A stretch of 64,000 bases of DNA from the human T2T-CHM13v2.0 reference genome, Homo sapiens, in assembly GCF_009914755.1 (NCBI RefSeq), contig NC_060947.1, one strand, 5' to 3'. Positions 33,074 to 47,674 of the stretch are shown one piece after another. Below the pieces are notes generated by a model. The model was not told where the DNA came from. It searched no databases and worked only from the letters and a program-made list of their open reading frames with translations. The position numbers were made by a program, and so were the translations under genes. Numbering within the stretch: the stretch's first letter is position 1; each line of letters begins with the position of its first letter.

Positions 33074-34825
33074 GGTAAGCTTCAGATCTGCAGGTTGAAG
33101 AAAGGAGGGCTTTCGTTGCTGGCTAGGAGAGATCTTGCAGGGAGAGAGGAGTCATCCAAATGGACTCTGTGTGTCTTTGAGAGAGTTGTTACATTAGCAA
33201 AGATAGTACCATTCAAGGTGATAACTGAGATTTTGTAGCAACTATGTTAGCAATGACAATAGGGAATAGTTGTTTGAAACCAGGATAGAGCAATCATCTC
33301 GTAAATCTGACCTCTCCTGCCTCTACCCCTAGAAGTTCCTGAAGCTCAACCATTGAACCCTAAGTTTCTGCAAATTATAGTTTGAAATACACTGCATGGG
33401 CATTCATAGCCCCAGCAGCAGGCCTAGCCTGTCTTTTTTCAGCTTCCTAGAGCAAGCATAATGATGAATTCATTATTTTCTACTTTCCTCATTTTTTCTT
33501 TATATTGGATGCGATCTTTCCCTGTTCTAATTGCCCTCACCAGAAAGCATCCTGAATGTCCTTAAGATCCTTCTTCTTATCTACTAATTCAGAATCATTT
33601 GTTTTACCATCAGAATTTAATTTTGGGGAATCCCCCAGTCCTCTTCAACGACCCAAGTGTTGCATCCCAAAGCTGTGGCTTTCCCTTAGTCTCCTTTCTA
33701 CTTTATGTGTATGAAAGAGGAACTTGATAATTTTTTCCTGTCATTTTTTCTGCTCTCTGGGAAATGACATTATCAACGAGGTAAGAAAAGCAAAGGAAAT
33801 AACATATTACACACATTGCTTTTATCTGAATAAGCTTCAGGAATTGAACAAGCCCAGTAAAAGCTAGAGATAGACAAGGCTTTCTGGGGAAAGTAAAGTC
33901 TGAGCTGGACTCTCAAAACAGTGTGGGTTTAGAATGACAAGAATAAATGTGTAAGATTAGTTTATGACAACCTATTCCAAGCTGAAAAGTCTCTGCAAGC
34001 CCTGACAAACAAACTATGACATTCTTTCAGTAGCTCTGTGAATTACCACCACTAAACCAACCTAGTGATGTTTCTTTGGGAATCATCATATATAAAACTG
34101 GCATTTGACATAGTGACTACAGCTTGGAGTGTGGGCGCTCTGGCCCTAGGAAGTCACCCTCTAGCTCAGCCTTCAAGGTATCTTCCTTATTGATCATGGC
34201 AACATTCCTCATGTTTAACTCCCTCCAAGGCCAGAAAAATATCTCCACTTCTCCAGATGAACTTTAGAAACGACACATGAACAACCTCCACTAGGATTTC
34301 AATTTGCACCCTAGTTATTTTTGCAGGACTTTCTTCTTTGTGAAATTGCTGGATAATTAACCAGCTTTGAGCTCTGAATCACACTGAGGATATCCAGAGC
34401 ACTGAGAATTTTTCTTTTGAAAACAAAAGGGAAATCAATTTCAGCTAATTCAGTTGTTGCCATTTTATGAAGTTAAGGTGCTCAATGTAAATTAGTGTTT
34501 TGAATGTATGCCTTTGATCAATAGGTGTAATTATTGATTGGAATCACACAAAGCCAAAAGCAAACCAATCATTCTTGACATATAGGTTTTATACCATGCA
34601 GATAAATCCCCAACACAACTGCAGTGAGCTCGAGGCTTATGTGACCCTCCAATGTTACAAGTCAACTCATGAAAAGAATGCAACCATGTTCACTCTTTGC
34701 CTCCCTTACTTTGCAAACTCCTCTGGATTTTTCATTAAAAGGATCCATAGCCAGAATAGGAACAGCTACTCCTAATTGGTTACTTGTTCAGAACGTGACT
34801 AAAACAGTTCCTTATGCTTAGTAAT

Positions 34826-34906
34826 CATAATGCTACTAGGAGGTATAAATTAAGCAGAATATACTTATACATAATGCTACTAGGAGGTATAAATTAAGCA
34901 GAATAT
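34826..34906. repeat. Perfect 37-bp direct duplication with a 7-nt spacer
   Basis: cataatgctactaggaggtataaattaagcagaatat at 34826-34862 and 34870-34906. Confidence 0.97.
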
Positions 34907-35208
34907 GATGCAGACCCTTCAGGCGAAGCTAGACTAATTTGATTATTGAATGGCCACTGCAACTGCAGCTCCCCCAACCCTCCACCATTAGAACGATTTC
35001 CCCATGAGCTTGTCACTGTGCCCAAAATTGTTACTATTTGTCAAAGTCAGGGTGCCCAAAAGCCTTTTCCTTCTTAAGCCCCAGGTTCCATTCTCGGTCC
35101 CAGGCCAATTTCCTATGCTGTCATGAACACTATCTAATGCCCATTGAGCACTTACTTATGTGCCAGACACTCACCTGAGCACTTCATATGTGTTACCTCG
35201 CTGAATCT

Positions 35209-36754
35209 GTTTCTTTTTGTCAGTCTGGTAGTTTTTAATTATCATTAATTTTTCAGATAGAATATTCTTTTTTCCTTTATTTCTTCTAAAATAAAACCGG
35301 GATACATGTGCAGAACATGCAGGTTTGTTACATAGGTATACATGTGCCATGGTGGCTTGCTGCACCTATTGACCCACCCTTTAAGTTCCCTCCCCTCAAC
35401 CCCCACCCCCAACAGGCCCTGGTGTGTGTTGTTCCCCTCTCTGTATCCATATGTTTTCAATGTTAAACCCCCACTTATGAGTGAGAACATGCAGTGTTTG
35501 GTTTTCTGTTCCTGTGTTAGTTTGCTGAGAATGATGGCTTCCAGCTTCATCCATGTCCCTGCAAAGGACATGATCTCATTCTTTTTTATGGCTGCATAGC
35601 ATTCCATGGTGCACATGTACCACAATTTCTTTATCCAGTCTATCATTGATGGGCTTTTGGGTTGGCTCCATGTCTTTGCTATTGTAAATAGTGGTGCAAT
35701 AAACATACATGTGCATATGTCTTTATAGTACAATGATTTATATTCCTTTGGGTATATACCCAGTAATGGGGTTGTTGGGTCAAATGGTATTTCTGGTTCC
35801 AGATCCTAGAGGAATCGCCACACTGTCTTCCAGAATGGTTGAACTAATTTACATTCCCACCAACAGTGTAAAAGTGTTCCTATTTCTCCACAGCCTCGCC
35901 AGCATCTCTTGTTTCCTGACTTTTTAATAATCGCCATTCTGACTGGCATGAGATGGCATCTAATTGTGGTTCTGATTTGCATTTATCTGATGATCAGTGA
36001 TGTTGAGCTTTTTTTCATATGTTTGTTGGCCACGTAAATGTTAGAAAAAACTATTTTAAATTTCATATGAAATCAAAGAACACCTCATATAGCCAAGACA
36101 ATCCTAAGCACAAAGAACAAAGCTGGAGGCATCAGGATACCTGTCTTCAAACTATACTACAAGGCTACAGTAACCAAAACAGCATGGTACTGGTACCAAA
36201 ACAGACATATAGACCAATGGAGCAGAACAGAAACCTCAGAAATAACACCACACATCTACAACCATCTGATCTTCAACAAACCTGACAAAAACAAGCAATG
36301 GGGAAAGGATCTCCTATTTAGTAAATGGTGCTGGGAAAACTGGTTAGCCATATGCAGAAAACTGAAACTGGACCCCTTCCTTTCACCTTATACAAAAATT
36401 AACTCAAAATGGATTAAAGACTTAAATGCAAAACCCAAAACCATTAAACCCCTAGAAGAAAACCTAGGCAATACCGTTCAGGACGTATGAATGGGCAAAG
36501 ACCTCTTGACAAAAACACTAAAAGCAATAGAAACAAAAGCCAAAATTGACAAATGAGATCTAATTAAACTAAAGAGCTTCTGCACAGCAAAAGAAACTAT
36601 CATCAGAGTGAACAGGCAAACTATGGGAGAAAATTTTTGCAATCTACACATCTGACAAAAGTATAATGTCCAGAATTTACAAGGAAATTAAACATATTTA
36701 CAAGAAAAAAAAAACAACCCCATCAAAAAGTGGGCAAAGTATATGAACAGACAC
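35209..36754 (-). mobile_element. L1PA8A-like 3' fragment with 5' inversion (twin priming) and 3' transduction, inserted in a MIR
   Basis: Minus segment 35268-36041, inverted plus segment 36042-36754. TSD acctc(g/a)ctgaatct at 35195-35208 and 36755-36768. Confidence 0.9.
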
Positions 36755-36934
36755 ACCTCACTGAATCTTTACAAAGCTCTGTGAAGCAGGTAATAGTACC
36801 CTGCTTCTGAATCCAAGATGCCATTGATTTTAAGATTCACTATCAATTTAACAAATTGTGTATGAACTGTACATGCTGATTATAACACATATCAAATATA
36901 GAAGTGTTAAAATACTCAAGTCAGGAAAATAGGT

Positions 36935-37085
36935 AATAGCCCCACTTTACGGATGAGAAAACTGAAGCCATAGAGGAGTTAAATAACCAGTCACAAATTA
37001 CCAAGGTCACAAAGCTAGTAAATGGTAGCGAAAATTCAAACCCAGATCTCTGATTCTAGTGCCTATACCAACCTATAGGCACATG
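36935..37085 (-). mobile_element. MIR
   Basis: ttacggatgagaaaactgaagcc...aaggtcacaaagctagtaaatgg...ttcaaacccagatc. Confidence 0.75.
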
Positions 37086-37749
37086 ATTGCTTTACTTCCT
37101 TTGCCACAGGGGTCTCAGCTGCCTTTCTTCTCCCTTCCCTAGATGCCACTTTCCATTCCATTTCATAGGGTTCGGCTTACCTCAAGAAGCTGCCTGCAAC
37201 GGTAATACGAACTACTCAGTTTTCTTCTTCCATGAGACCTCAAACAAACAGAAACTAATGATCATGCCAGGAAATAGACATAGTAAAGTCTGGTAGATGA
37301 ATGTGCAGGAACACTGATTTCAAGATGAAAGACTTAATATATGCTGTAGTCTCTCCATCCAGCACCAAATTCACTGAACTATAGAGGAATTCTTGAAAGG
37401 CATGAAGTAAGTGGAATAGTATTGAAGAGAGAACTATAGCCCAGGTCATAGGCAGTAAAACTCCGCAGTAGTAGATGAGAGTAGTATAAAACATGCTTCG
37501 TACCCTCAGGTGGTAGAAATGGGAAGAGCTCAGGGATAACTATGAGACGGTTATGCAAGATCAGATAGGGTTATGCAGATCAGATACAAAGAACTCAGGA
37601 ATATCTATGGGACGGTTATTTAAGATCGGATAGGGTAATTGGCCCCACATATACCCTCCCACCTTCTCCAGCTGTGGGTCAGGTAGTAGCCACAATAGCA
37701 ACAGTATTGCCCATGTCTGAATGGGAACAATACAGCAATGCTTTAGGTG

Positions 37750-37935
37750 TAGGATTGTCAGAAAAAACATAGAACACCCAGTTAAATTTGAATTTTAGAT
37801 AAGCAATGAACTTTTTTCATATAAATATATCCTAAATACTGCATGGGACATACTTATACTAAATAAAGCATGTTGTTTGACTGAAAATTCAAATTTAATT
37901 AGAACTCCTTTATTTACCAAATCTAGCAACCCCTG
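37750..37935 (-). mobile_element. MER53 MITE (second copy)
   Basis: cccagttaaatttgaatttt...atgggacatacttatactaaa...aaatctagcaaccc. Confidence 0.8.
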
Positions 37936-38913
37936 AGAGAAACAGGGGGCATCTATATCCAGAAGAACGGCCACTCGTGTATCTCAGCCAGCAATATGCC
38001 CTACCCTCCCTAAATATAGTTACAATACACAGTAGCAACTTCCATATATTCCCTTAAGTAGACTGTGCAAAAAGAGGCAAGACTGTCAAACATTTAAGAA
38101 AACCTCACACTATTGAGTAGATACTAACTATAAAAAAAGATAGTCCACATGTGTTCACTAAAAAAATGTAAAATTATTGTATTAAATTCCCCTCAAATTA
38201 AGAATTAGACTACCACAGAAAGACTAAATTTAACACACGCATGCACACACACGTGCACACACCTATGACAGTTATAGTTTTTTCTTCATTTTCCAATTGC
38301 TCTATAATATGGTAATATAACCTTATATCTTTTGGCAAAGTTTAAAATAAACATGTTTTTAAAACTAAAAAAAAGAAAGAGAGTCTCACACTATTGAAAA
38401 GAAACAACAAACTCAATAAATGAAAGAATTTAACTAAGAGGAAACAAAATAGATAAATCAGAATAAGACCTTTACATAGTTTGATTCATTCCCTCAGAGA
38501 GATATGAAAGATATCACATCCTTAAACAATAATAAATGGTTTTGAATAAGTGAAAGTGACTTTTTAAAAGCTAATTCAAGCTCTTGAAAGTTAAAATATA
38601 ATTATTGAAATAAATAGCTCAAGAGATGGGCTAAATAGCGGATTAGATTCAGGTGAAAAGCAAATAAGTAAACTGCAATAGTGAACTGAAAAATTATCCA
38701 GTAGAATCCAAAGAGTTTATAACATAGAAAGTATGAAAGTAAAAAAACATAGAGTACAGACCCAGAAGTTTTAACTTCAATCCAATATGAGTTCCAACAG
38801 AAAAGAACAGATAAAATAGACAGGAGACAATAGAATAGCCAAAAATTCCCCAAAATGGAAGAAAGACATAAGTCTTTGACTGAAAAGGCCTATCAAGTGC
38901 CAAGCAAAATAAA

Positions 38914-38972
38914 TCTCTCTCTCTCTCCCTCTGTCTCTCTCTCTCTCTCTCACACACACTCACACACGACAC
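38914..38972. repeat. (TC)n(CA)n microsatellite
   Basis: Seen directly. Confidence 0.9.
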
Positions 38973-41009
38973 ATTTTAGTGCAATTTTAGAAACCAAAGT
39001 TAAAGAGCAAGTGCTAAAAGCTATCAGTGAGAAGGGAGAGAATTTAGATTACCAGAAAGGAATGAGAATATTAAGTTTGACGTTAGGCTTCCATCTGCAA
39101 CACTGGATACAATGTTGGAGCACTTCATATTGCAAAGAAAAATAATTATGAACCTGTAATTCTATCAATCAAAAGTTAGGGTAAAATAAAGATATTTTCA
39201 GCCATGGAAATACTCAGAAATTTTACTAATCATTAACCCATACTGAAATACTCATTGGTGGATATATTATAGAAGAAGAAAATTGAATCCAAGAGGAAGC
39301 AGTGAGACTAAAATCCAAAACTGTCAATATGAGAATTGGGGATGGAGAGCAGAGGGTGTCAAAAGCATGCTAAGATTATTATCATTTTAGGAAGATAAAT
39401 TAGATATTTACTAATTCTAGTGTTAGAAATATATAACTTCATGTATGTGTTTCAAAATTAAGGGTGGTTATAAAAGATAGAAATAAAATGTATACCTTTC
39501 CAACCTGAAAGAGAGGAGGGGGAAAAATCTCAATCCATTCTACAAAAAGTAGAAAAGAAAATATAAAGAAAGTGAAAGCGTAAGTTAATAACAAGTAATA
39601 AGAAAGCAGGAATAACTGCATACACATCAGTAATCACAGTAAATGTGAATAAATTAAACTTATCTATTAAAAAACAGTAAAAATTATTCAACTAGATGTT
39701 ATGTACAAGAGACATACTTAAAACAAAATCACTCACAGATGGAAAATAAAGAACTAGAAAAAATAACACAAGACAAATATCAGCAAAAGGAAATCTGGTG
39801 TAGCAATATTAAGAGTAGACAAAATATAAATTCAAGGCAAAACTGATTCAGAGACAAAAAGAGAAACATCACTTTAATAAAAAGAAAGAACACTCCATCA
39901 AGAAGATATAACAGTTATGAACCTTTGTACATTTATGAACATAGGCTCTAAATATAGAAAACATAAACTAATAAATGTACAAAAAGAAATGGTGTTTTTT
40001 ATAAATAACAATCACAATGGGAGAATTTAACACATTTCTTTAAGAAATTGAGAGATCAAGTAGAGAAAAATTAAGAATACAGACAATTTGAATAATTCAA
40101 TATACAGAACTTCGTATTAAACAAATAAAGAATATACCTTCTTTTTAAACATACACAAATATTCATCAAAAAATAATCATTTACTAGACCATAAGGAAAT
40201 ACTGAATTCCAAAAACATAATGTCTTTTAGGCCACGTTCACTTTTGACAAAATTAGAAATCAACTACAAAAAGATAGTTCCTCATAAACTTTACATCTGG
40301 AAATGTTTAAAGAACACAACTCTAAATACTCTTGGACTACAACTTCAAACTACACTACAAGGCTACAGTAATCAAAACAACATGGTACTGGTAGAAAAAC
40401 AGACACATAGACCAATGGAACAGAATAAAGAACACAGAAAAAAAGCCACATGACTACAACCAACTGATCCTCAACAAAGTTGACAAAATAAGCAATGGGG
40501 AAAGGACCTATTCATAAATGGTGTTGGGATAACTGGCTGTACATATGCAGAAGAATGAAACTGGACCTATCACCATATACAAAAATTAACTTAAGACGGA
40601 TTAAAGACTTAAATGTAAGACCTCAAACTATAAAACTCCTAGAAGAAAACATAGAAAATACCTTTCTCAATAACAGCCTGGCAAAGAATTTATGGTTAAG
40701 TCCTCAAAAGCAATTGCAACAAAAACAAAAATTAACAAGTGGGATCTATTAAACTAAAGAGCTTCTGCACAGCAAGAAAAACTATCAAAAGAGTAAACAG
40801 ATAAACTACAGAACAGGAGCATTCCCCTTGAAAACCAGCAGTGGATAAGAATTCCCTTTCTCATCACTCCTATTCAACATAGTATTTGAAGTTCTGGCCA
40901 GGACAATTAGGCAAGAGAAAGAAATAAAGGTATTCAAATAGGAAGAGAATAAATCAAACTATATTTGTTTGCAGATGACATGATCCTATATCTAGAAAAC
41001 CCCATCATT

Positions 41010-41322
<313 letters not shown>

Positions 41323-42001
41323 AGAAAACCTCATCATCTCAGCCCAAAAGCATCTTAAGCCGATAAGCAACTTCAGCAAAGTCTCAGGATACAAAATCAA
41401 TGTGCAAACATCACTAGCATATACACCAACAACAGGCAAGCAGAAAGCCAAATCACGAATGAACTCCCATTCACAATTGCCACAATAAGAATAAAATACT
41501 TAGGAATACAGCTAACAAGGGAAGTGATGGATCTCTACAAGGAGAACTACAAACCACTGCTCAAATAAATCAGAGAGGTCACAAACAAATGGAAAAACAT
41601 TCCATGCTCACGGATAGGAAGAATCAATATCATGAAAATAGCCACACTGCCCAAAACAACTTATAGATTCAATGCTATTCTCATTAAACTACCATTGACA
41701 TTCTTCACAGAACTAGAAAAAAATGATTTTGAAATTCATATGGAACCAAAAAAGAGCTTGAATAGGCAAGGCAATACTAAACAAAAAGAACAAAGCTGGA
41801 GGCATGACACTACCAGACTTCATACTATACTACAGGGCTACAGTAACCAAAACATCATGGTACTGTGACAGCCACAGACACATAGACCAATGGAACAAAA
41901 CAGAGAACACAGAAATAAGACCATACACCTACAACCATCTGATCTTCAACAAACCAAAACAAGCAGTGGGAAAAGGATTCCCTATTTAATAAATGGTGCT
42001 A

Positions 42002-42427
<426 letters not shown>

Positions 42428-43884
42428 CTAGAAGAAAACCTAGGCAATACCATTTGGAACATAGGTACAGACAAAGATTTCATGACAAAGATTCCAAAGG
42501 CAATTTCAACAAAAGCAAAAATTGACAAATGTGATCTAATTAAACTAAAGAGCTTCTGCACAGCAAAAGAAACTATCAAAAGAGTAAACAGACAACATGC
42601 AGAATGGGAGAAAATGTTTGCAAACAGTGCACTTGACAAAGGTTTAATATCCAGCATCTATAAGAAACTTAAATTTACAAGAAAAAAAACACCATTAAAA
42701 AGTAGGCAAAGGATATGAATAAACACTACTCAAAAGAAGACATACATGCAGCTAACAATCATATGAAAAAAGGCTCAACATCAGTGATCATTAGAGAAAT
42801 GCAAATCAAAAACACATTGAGATACCATCTCACACCAGGCAGAATGGTGATTATTAAAACATCAAAAAATAACAGATGCTGGCAAGGTTGTGGAGAAAAA
42901 GGAACACTTTTACACTGTTGGTAGGAGTCTAAATTAGTTCAACCATTGTGGAAGACAGTGTGGAAATTTCTCAAAGACCTAGAGACAGAAATACCATTTG
43001 ACCTAACAATCTCATTACTGGGTATATACCCAAAGGAATAGAAATCATTCTATTATAAAGATACATGCACACATATATTCATTGCAGCACTATTCACAAT
43101 AGCAAAGACATGGAATCAACCCAAATGCCTATGATGATAGACTGGATAAAGAAAATCTGGTACATATACACCATGGAATACTATGCAGCCATAAAAAGGA
43201 ACAAGATCATGTTCTTTGCAGGGACATGGATGGAGCTAGAGGCCATCATCCTCAGCAATCTAACACAGGAACAGAAAACCAAATACTGCATATTCTCACT
43301 TATAAGTGGGAGCTAAATGATGAGAACACATGGACACATAGAGGAGAAAAACACACACTGGGGCCTCCCAGAGAGCAGAGGGTGGGAAGAGGGAGAGGAT
43401 CAGGAAAAACAACTAATGGATACTGGGCTTTATACTTGGCTGATGAAATAATCTGTACAACAAACCCCCTTGACACATGTTGACCTATGTAACAAACCTG
43501 CACGTCCTGCACATGTATCCTGAACTTAAAAGTTAAAAAAGGAAAACTAAATCCCACTTATAAGTGGGAACTAAACACTGGATGCACATGGACATAAAAA
43601 TGGGAACAGTAGACACTAGGGAACTACTAGAGATGGGAGATAGGGAGGGGAACAAACTACCTATTGGGTACTATGCTCACTACCTGGGCAACGGGTTCAA
43701 TCATACCCCAAACCTCAACATCACACAATATACATTTGTAACAAACCTGAACATGTACCACCTGATTCTAAAATAAAAGCTGAAAGAAAAAAATAACTCT
43801 TGGCTAAAGTATAAGTAAAATGGGAATTATAAACTATTTAGAATAAAACTAGAACAAAAGCACTAATCCAAAAACTTTAGGAAT

Positions 43885-45140
43885 GGGTGCTCAACTTCAT
43901 TAGTTATCAGAGAAAAACAAATCTAACAGCAATGTCATATTATTACATATCCACTAGAATGGCTAAAATGAAAACAAGACAGAAAATACCAAGTATCGCT
44001 CAGGAGGCAGGGCAAATGAAAACCTCACACACTGCTAGAGGAAGTGTAAATACATAAACTGGCACGAGTTTCTATAGCTGAACACATACATACCCTACGA
44101 TCCAGCAATTCCAAACTTATGCATATATGCAACAGAAGTGTATCTATATCTAACTAAAGATACGTATAAGAGGGTGGCTTTGTTATAGCTAAAGACTGTA
44201 AACAACCCAAATGTCCATCAATGATAGAATGGATAAATAAATTAACTGTAGTATATTCACACAATAAATATTATGTAGCAAGGACAATGAAAAATTTCCC
44301 ACAATAATATAGATGAATCTTATAGATATAATGTTAAGTGAAAAACATCCAGACTCAAAGGAGTATATACTGTATCATTCCATTCACATAAAGTTCAGAA
44401 ACAGGCAACACTAATCTATATGGCATTAAAAATCAAGACAGTGGTTATTCTTGGCAGCAGGGACTGTGATGGTTGGAAAGGGACACACCTGGGCACTTCT
44501 GTGATGTTGCCCATGTTGTTTCTTGATTAGGGTGCTGGTTACATAACTGTTCGGTTTGTGAGAATTCATTGACATGTACACTTTTGATTTATACATATAT
44601 ATACATATATGTATAAATCAAACATATATACGTGTATATACATGTGTATATATATACGTGTGTATATACATGTGTATATATATACGTGTGTATATACATG
44701 TGTATATATATACGTGTGTATATACATGTGTATATATATACGTGTGTATATACATGTGTATATATATACGTGTGTATATACGTGTATATATATACGTGTG
44801 TATATATACGTGTGTATATACGTGTATATATATACGTTTGTATATACATGTATATATACGTTTGTATATACATGTGTATATATACGTTTGTATATACATG
44901 TGTATATATATACGTGTGTATATACATGTGTATATATATACGTGTGTGTATATACATGTGTATATATATACGTGTGTGTATATACGTGTGTATATATATA
45001 CGTGTGTGTATATATATATACGTGTGTGTGTATATATATATACGTGTGTGTGTATATATATATACGTGTGTGTATATATATGTGTGTGTGCGTATATATA
45101 TACATATATATGTATGTTGTATGTTATGCTTCCATTTTTT
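43885..45140 (+). mobile_element. L1ME-type 3' fragment containing the RY minisatellite
   Basis: tgctcaacttcattagttatcag...aacaacccaaatgtccatcaatg...gggtgctggttacat. Confidence 0.7.
44591..45116. repeat. Alternating purine-pyrimidine minisatellite, unit about 28 nt (tatatacatgtgtatatatatacgtgtg)
   Basis: Seen directly; it generates the YTH/VYI-repeat ORFs in the track. Confidence 0.97.
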
Positions 45141-45511
45141 TTAAACTTAGGGACATGGCCAAATAGTACTCAAAAATAAATTTAGGCTTAAGTGCATGTA
45201 TTAGGAATAAAGGTTGAAAATAAATTAACTAAGCTTCAACTCAAGAATGTGGAAAGAAAATAATAAAATAAATTCAATGAAGATAACATAAAAATGTATC
45301 AACAAAAGCATACATTTATAAAATATTAAATAAAATTCAAAAGGCAGATAATACAAAGTGAGTACTCTGAAATAATTAATAATATAAAGAAAATTTTGGC
45401 AAACATGATCATTTAAAAAAGAGAGAAGGCAAAATAAGCAATATTAGTAAGACAAATGGAACATAACAAGAGATAATGTGGAGACTTTAAAAATTACAAG
45501 AGAACACTATC

Positions 45512-45879
<368 letters not shown>

Positions 45880-46324
45880 TTAAAGAAAATACAAATTATG
45901 AACATTGGCCCAAGAATAAACAAAATACCTTGAATGGACCAAAAACCATAGAAGAAATTTTAATAGTAGTCAAAATGTTCTAACATCCCCCCTCCAAAAA
46001 AAGTCCCAGTGGTTTTACTGACACATTCTACCAAAGCTTCAATAAATCAGTACTTAAATGTAAATGAATAAAAAGAGTTCTGGAATTATGCAACCAAACT
46101 GATAACAGTGGTTCATTCTGAAGAAAAAAAAGGTGAAAATTATGGGTAACAAAGAGATAACATTTTCATTTTTATAAGAAGAATGTATTCGTGTATTACT
46201 TGTATAATTTGTAATTTCCTAAGAAATTTTCCTACAAATTAAACACAAAAAGTCTTAATTCATATTAAAATTAAATACCTAAATGAAATGGACAATTTCC
46301 TACATAAATTAACAATGTCAACTC

Positions 46325-46540
46325 ACAATCTACCACTTACCAGATGTGTGACCTTCGACAAATTATTTAACCTCCCTGAGCCTCAATTTATTTTATAAAT
46401 GGTGGATAAAGTACATTCCTTATAGCGTTGTTATACAAATTAAAATTAAATGAGTTAGACAATGGGAAGTGCTTAGCACATAGTATGCGCTCAACAACTG
46501 TTAATTTTCACCATTACTAGTTATTAATAAAATAACAATA
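46325..46540 (+). mobile_element. MIR
   Basis: ccacttaccagatgtgtgacctt...ttaacctccctgagcctcaattt...gtgcttagcacatag. Confidence 0.75.
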
Positions 46541-46744
46541 TTTAGGAATTACAGAGGCCATAGGACCTTATGGGGATTGCACAGTCACCATCTGTATTCT
46601 GTAATTTCTGACTCCCTCCTGAATCAGTGTTGACTGGTAGTGCCCTTGAGATTCTGTCCTCTGCTTTCTTTCCTGCTATGGGTCTCACTCTCTCTCCCCA
46701 CCCACAATTCTTATCCACTTCAGGGAAAGTCACATGGAGTCTCC

Positions 46745-46965
46745 TTTTTTTTGTTGTTTGTTTGCTTGTTTGTTTCTCTGGGTTTTTTTTATCGTGGTAA
46801 AATATACATAACATAAAATTTACTATTTGAACCATTTTTAAAGTATATAATTCAGTGGCATTAAGTATATTCACATTGCTGTGCAACCATCATCACTACC
46901 CATCTCCAGAACTTTTCATCACCTCAAGCTGAAACCCTTTACCCTTTAAGTAATAATTCCCCACT
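46745..46965 (-). mobile_element. L1MB-type 3' end fragment
   Basis: gtggtaaaatatacataacataaaatttac...ttcagtggcattaagtatattcacattg. Confidence 0.82.
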
Positions 46966-47230
46966 GGGGAACCTCTTTTTCCTGAAGTTCCCTCTTCCCT
47001 GCCTAAAGACATTAAGCCTTTGTCTTCAAGGACACTTAGCCTTTCTGAAGCTCTCTAGACTGGGTGGCCTTGAAGTCTCCAGGCCGCTAGAATGATGGTC
47101 TCTAGGGTTTTCCTCACATTCAGTACCTTCAATGAAAGTATAGAAGGCTACTTTGGGAACAAAAACATATTTACAGGGATACTGAGCCATTATAAGTAAT
47201 TACCCCTATCTTACTGGGCTAGACAGAACC

Positions 47231-47674
47231 TGTTATGGGTTGAATTGTATCCCTCCAAAATTTTAACATTAAAGTCCTAACCCTTAGTACCTCAGAATGT
47301 GACCTTACTTGGAAATCACTTTATGGCATATGTAATTATTAATAGTTAAGATGAAGTTATATTGAGGTAGGGTGGGCCCCCTGCTCCATAATGACTGACA
47401 TCTTTATAAAAAGAATACCATATTGAAGAGACACACACACACAGGATGAATGCCATGCAAAGACTGGAGTTATGCTGCCATAGGCCAAAGAACTACCAGA
47501 AGGTAGGAGAGAGGCCTGGAAGGAATCCTTCCTTCCTTAGCATCTTTAGAGGGAGCATGGCCCTGCCAAGACCTTGATTTTGGACTTGTGGCACCCAGAA
47601 CTGAGAAAATAAATTTCTGTTATTTGAAGTATTTCAGCGGTTCTTTGTTACAGCAGCCCTAAAAAACTAATACA
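47231..47674 (+). mobile_element. MLT1B-like LTR
   Basis: tgttatgggttgaattgtatcc...gtacctcagaatgtgacc...gcagccctaaaaaactaataca. Confidence 0.85.

Noticed and set aside
34826-34906. 37-bp direct repeat resembling a CRISPR repeat
   Set aside because: Only two copies, a 7-nt spacer, primate DNA and no cas genes.
44566-45179. Six overlapping 93-201 aa ORFs rich in Y/T/H/I/C/V
   Set aside because: Artefact of an RY-alternating repeat, which contains no stop codons.
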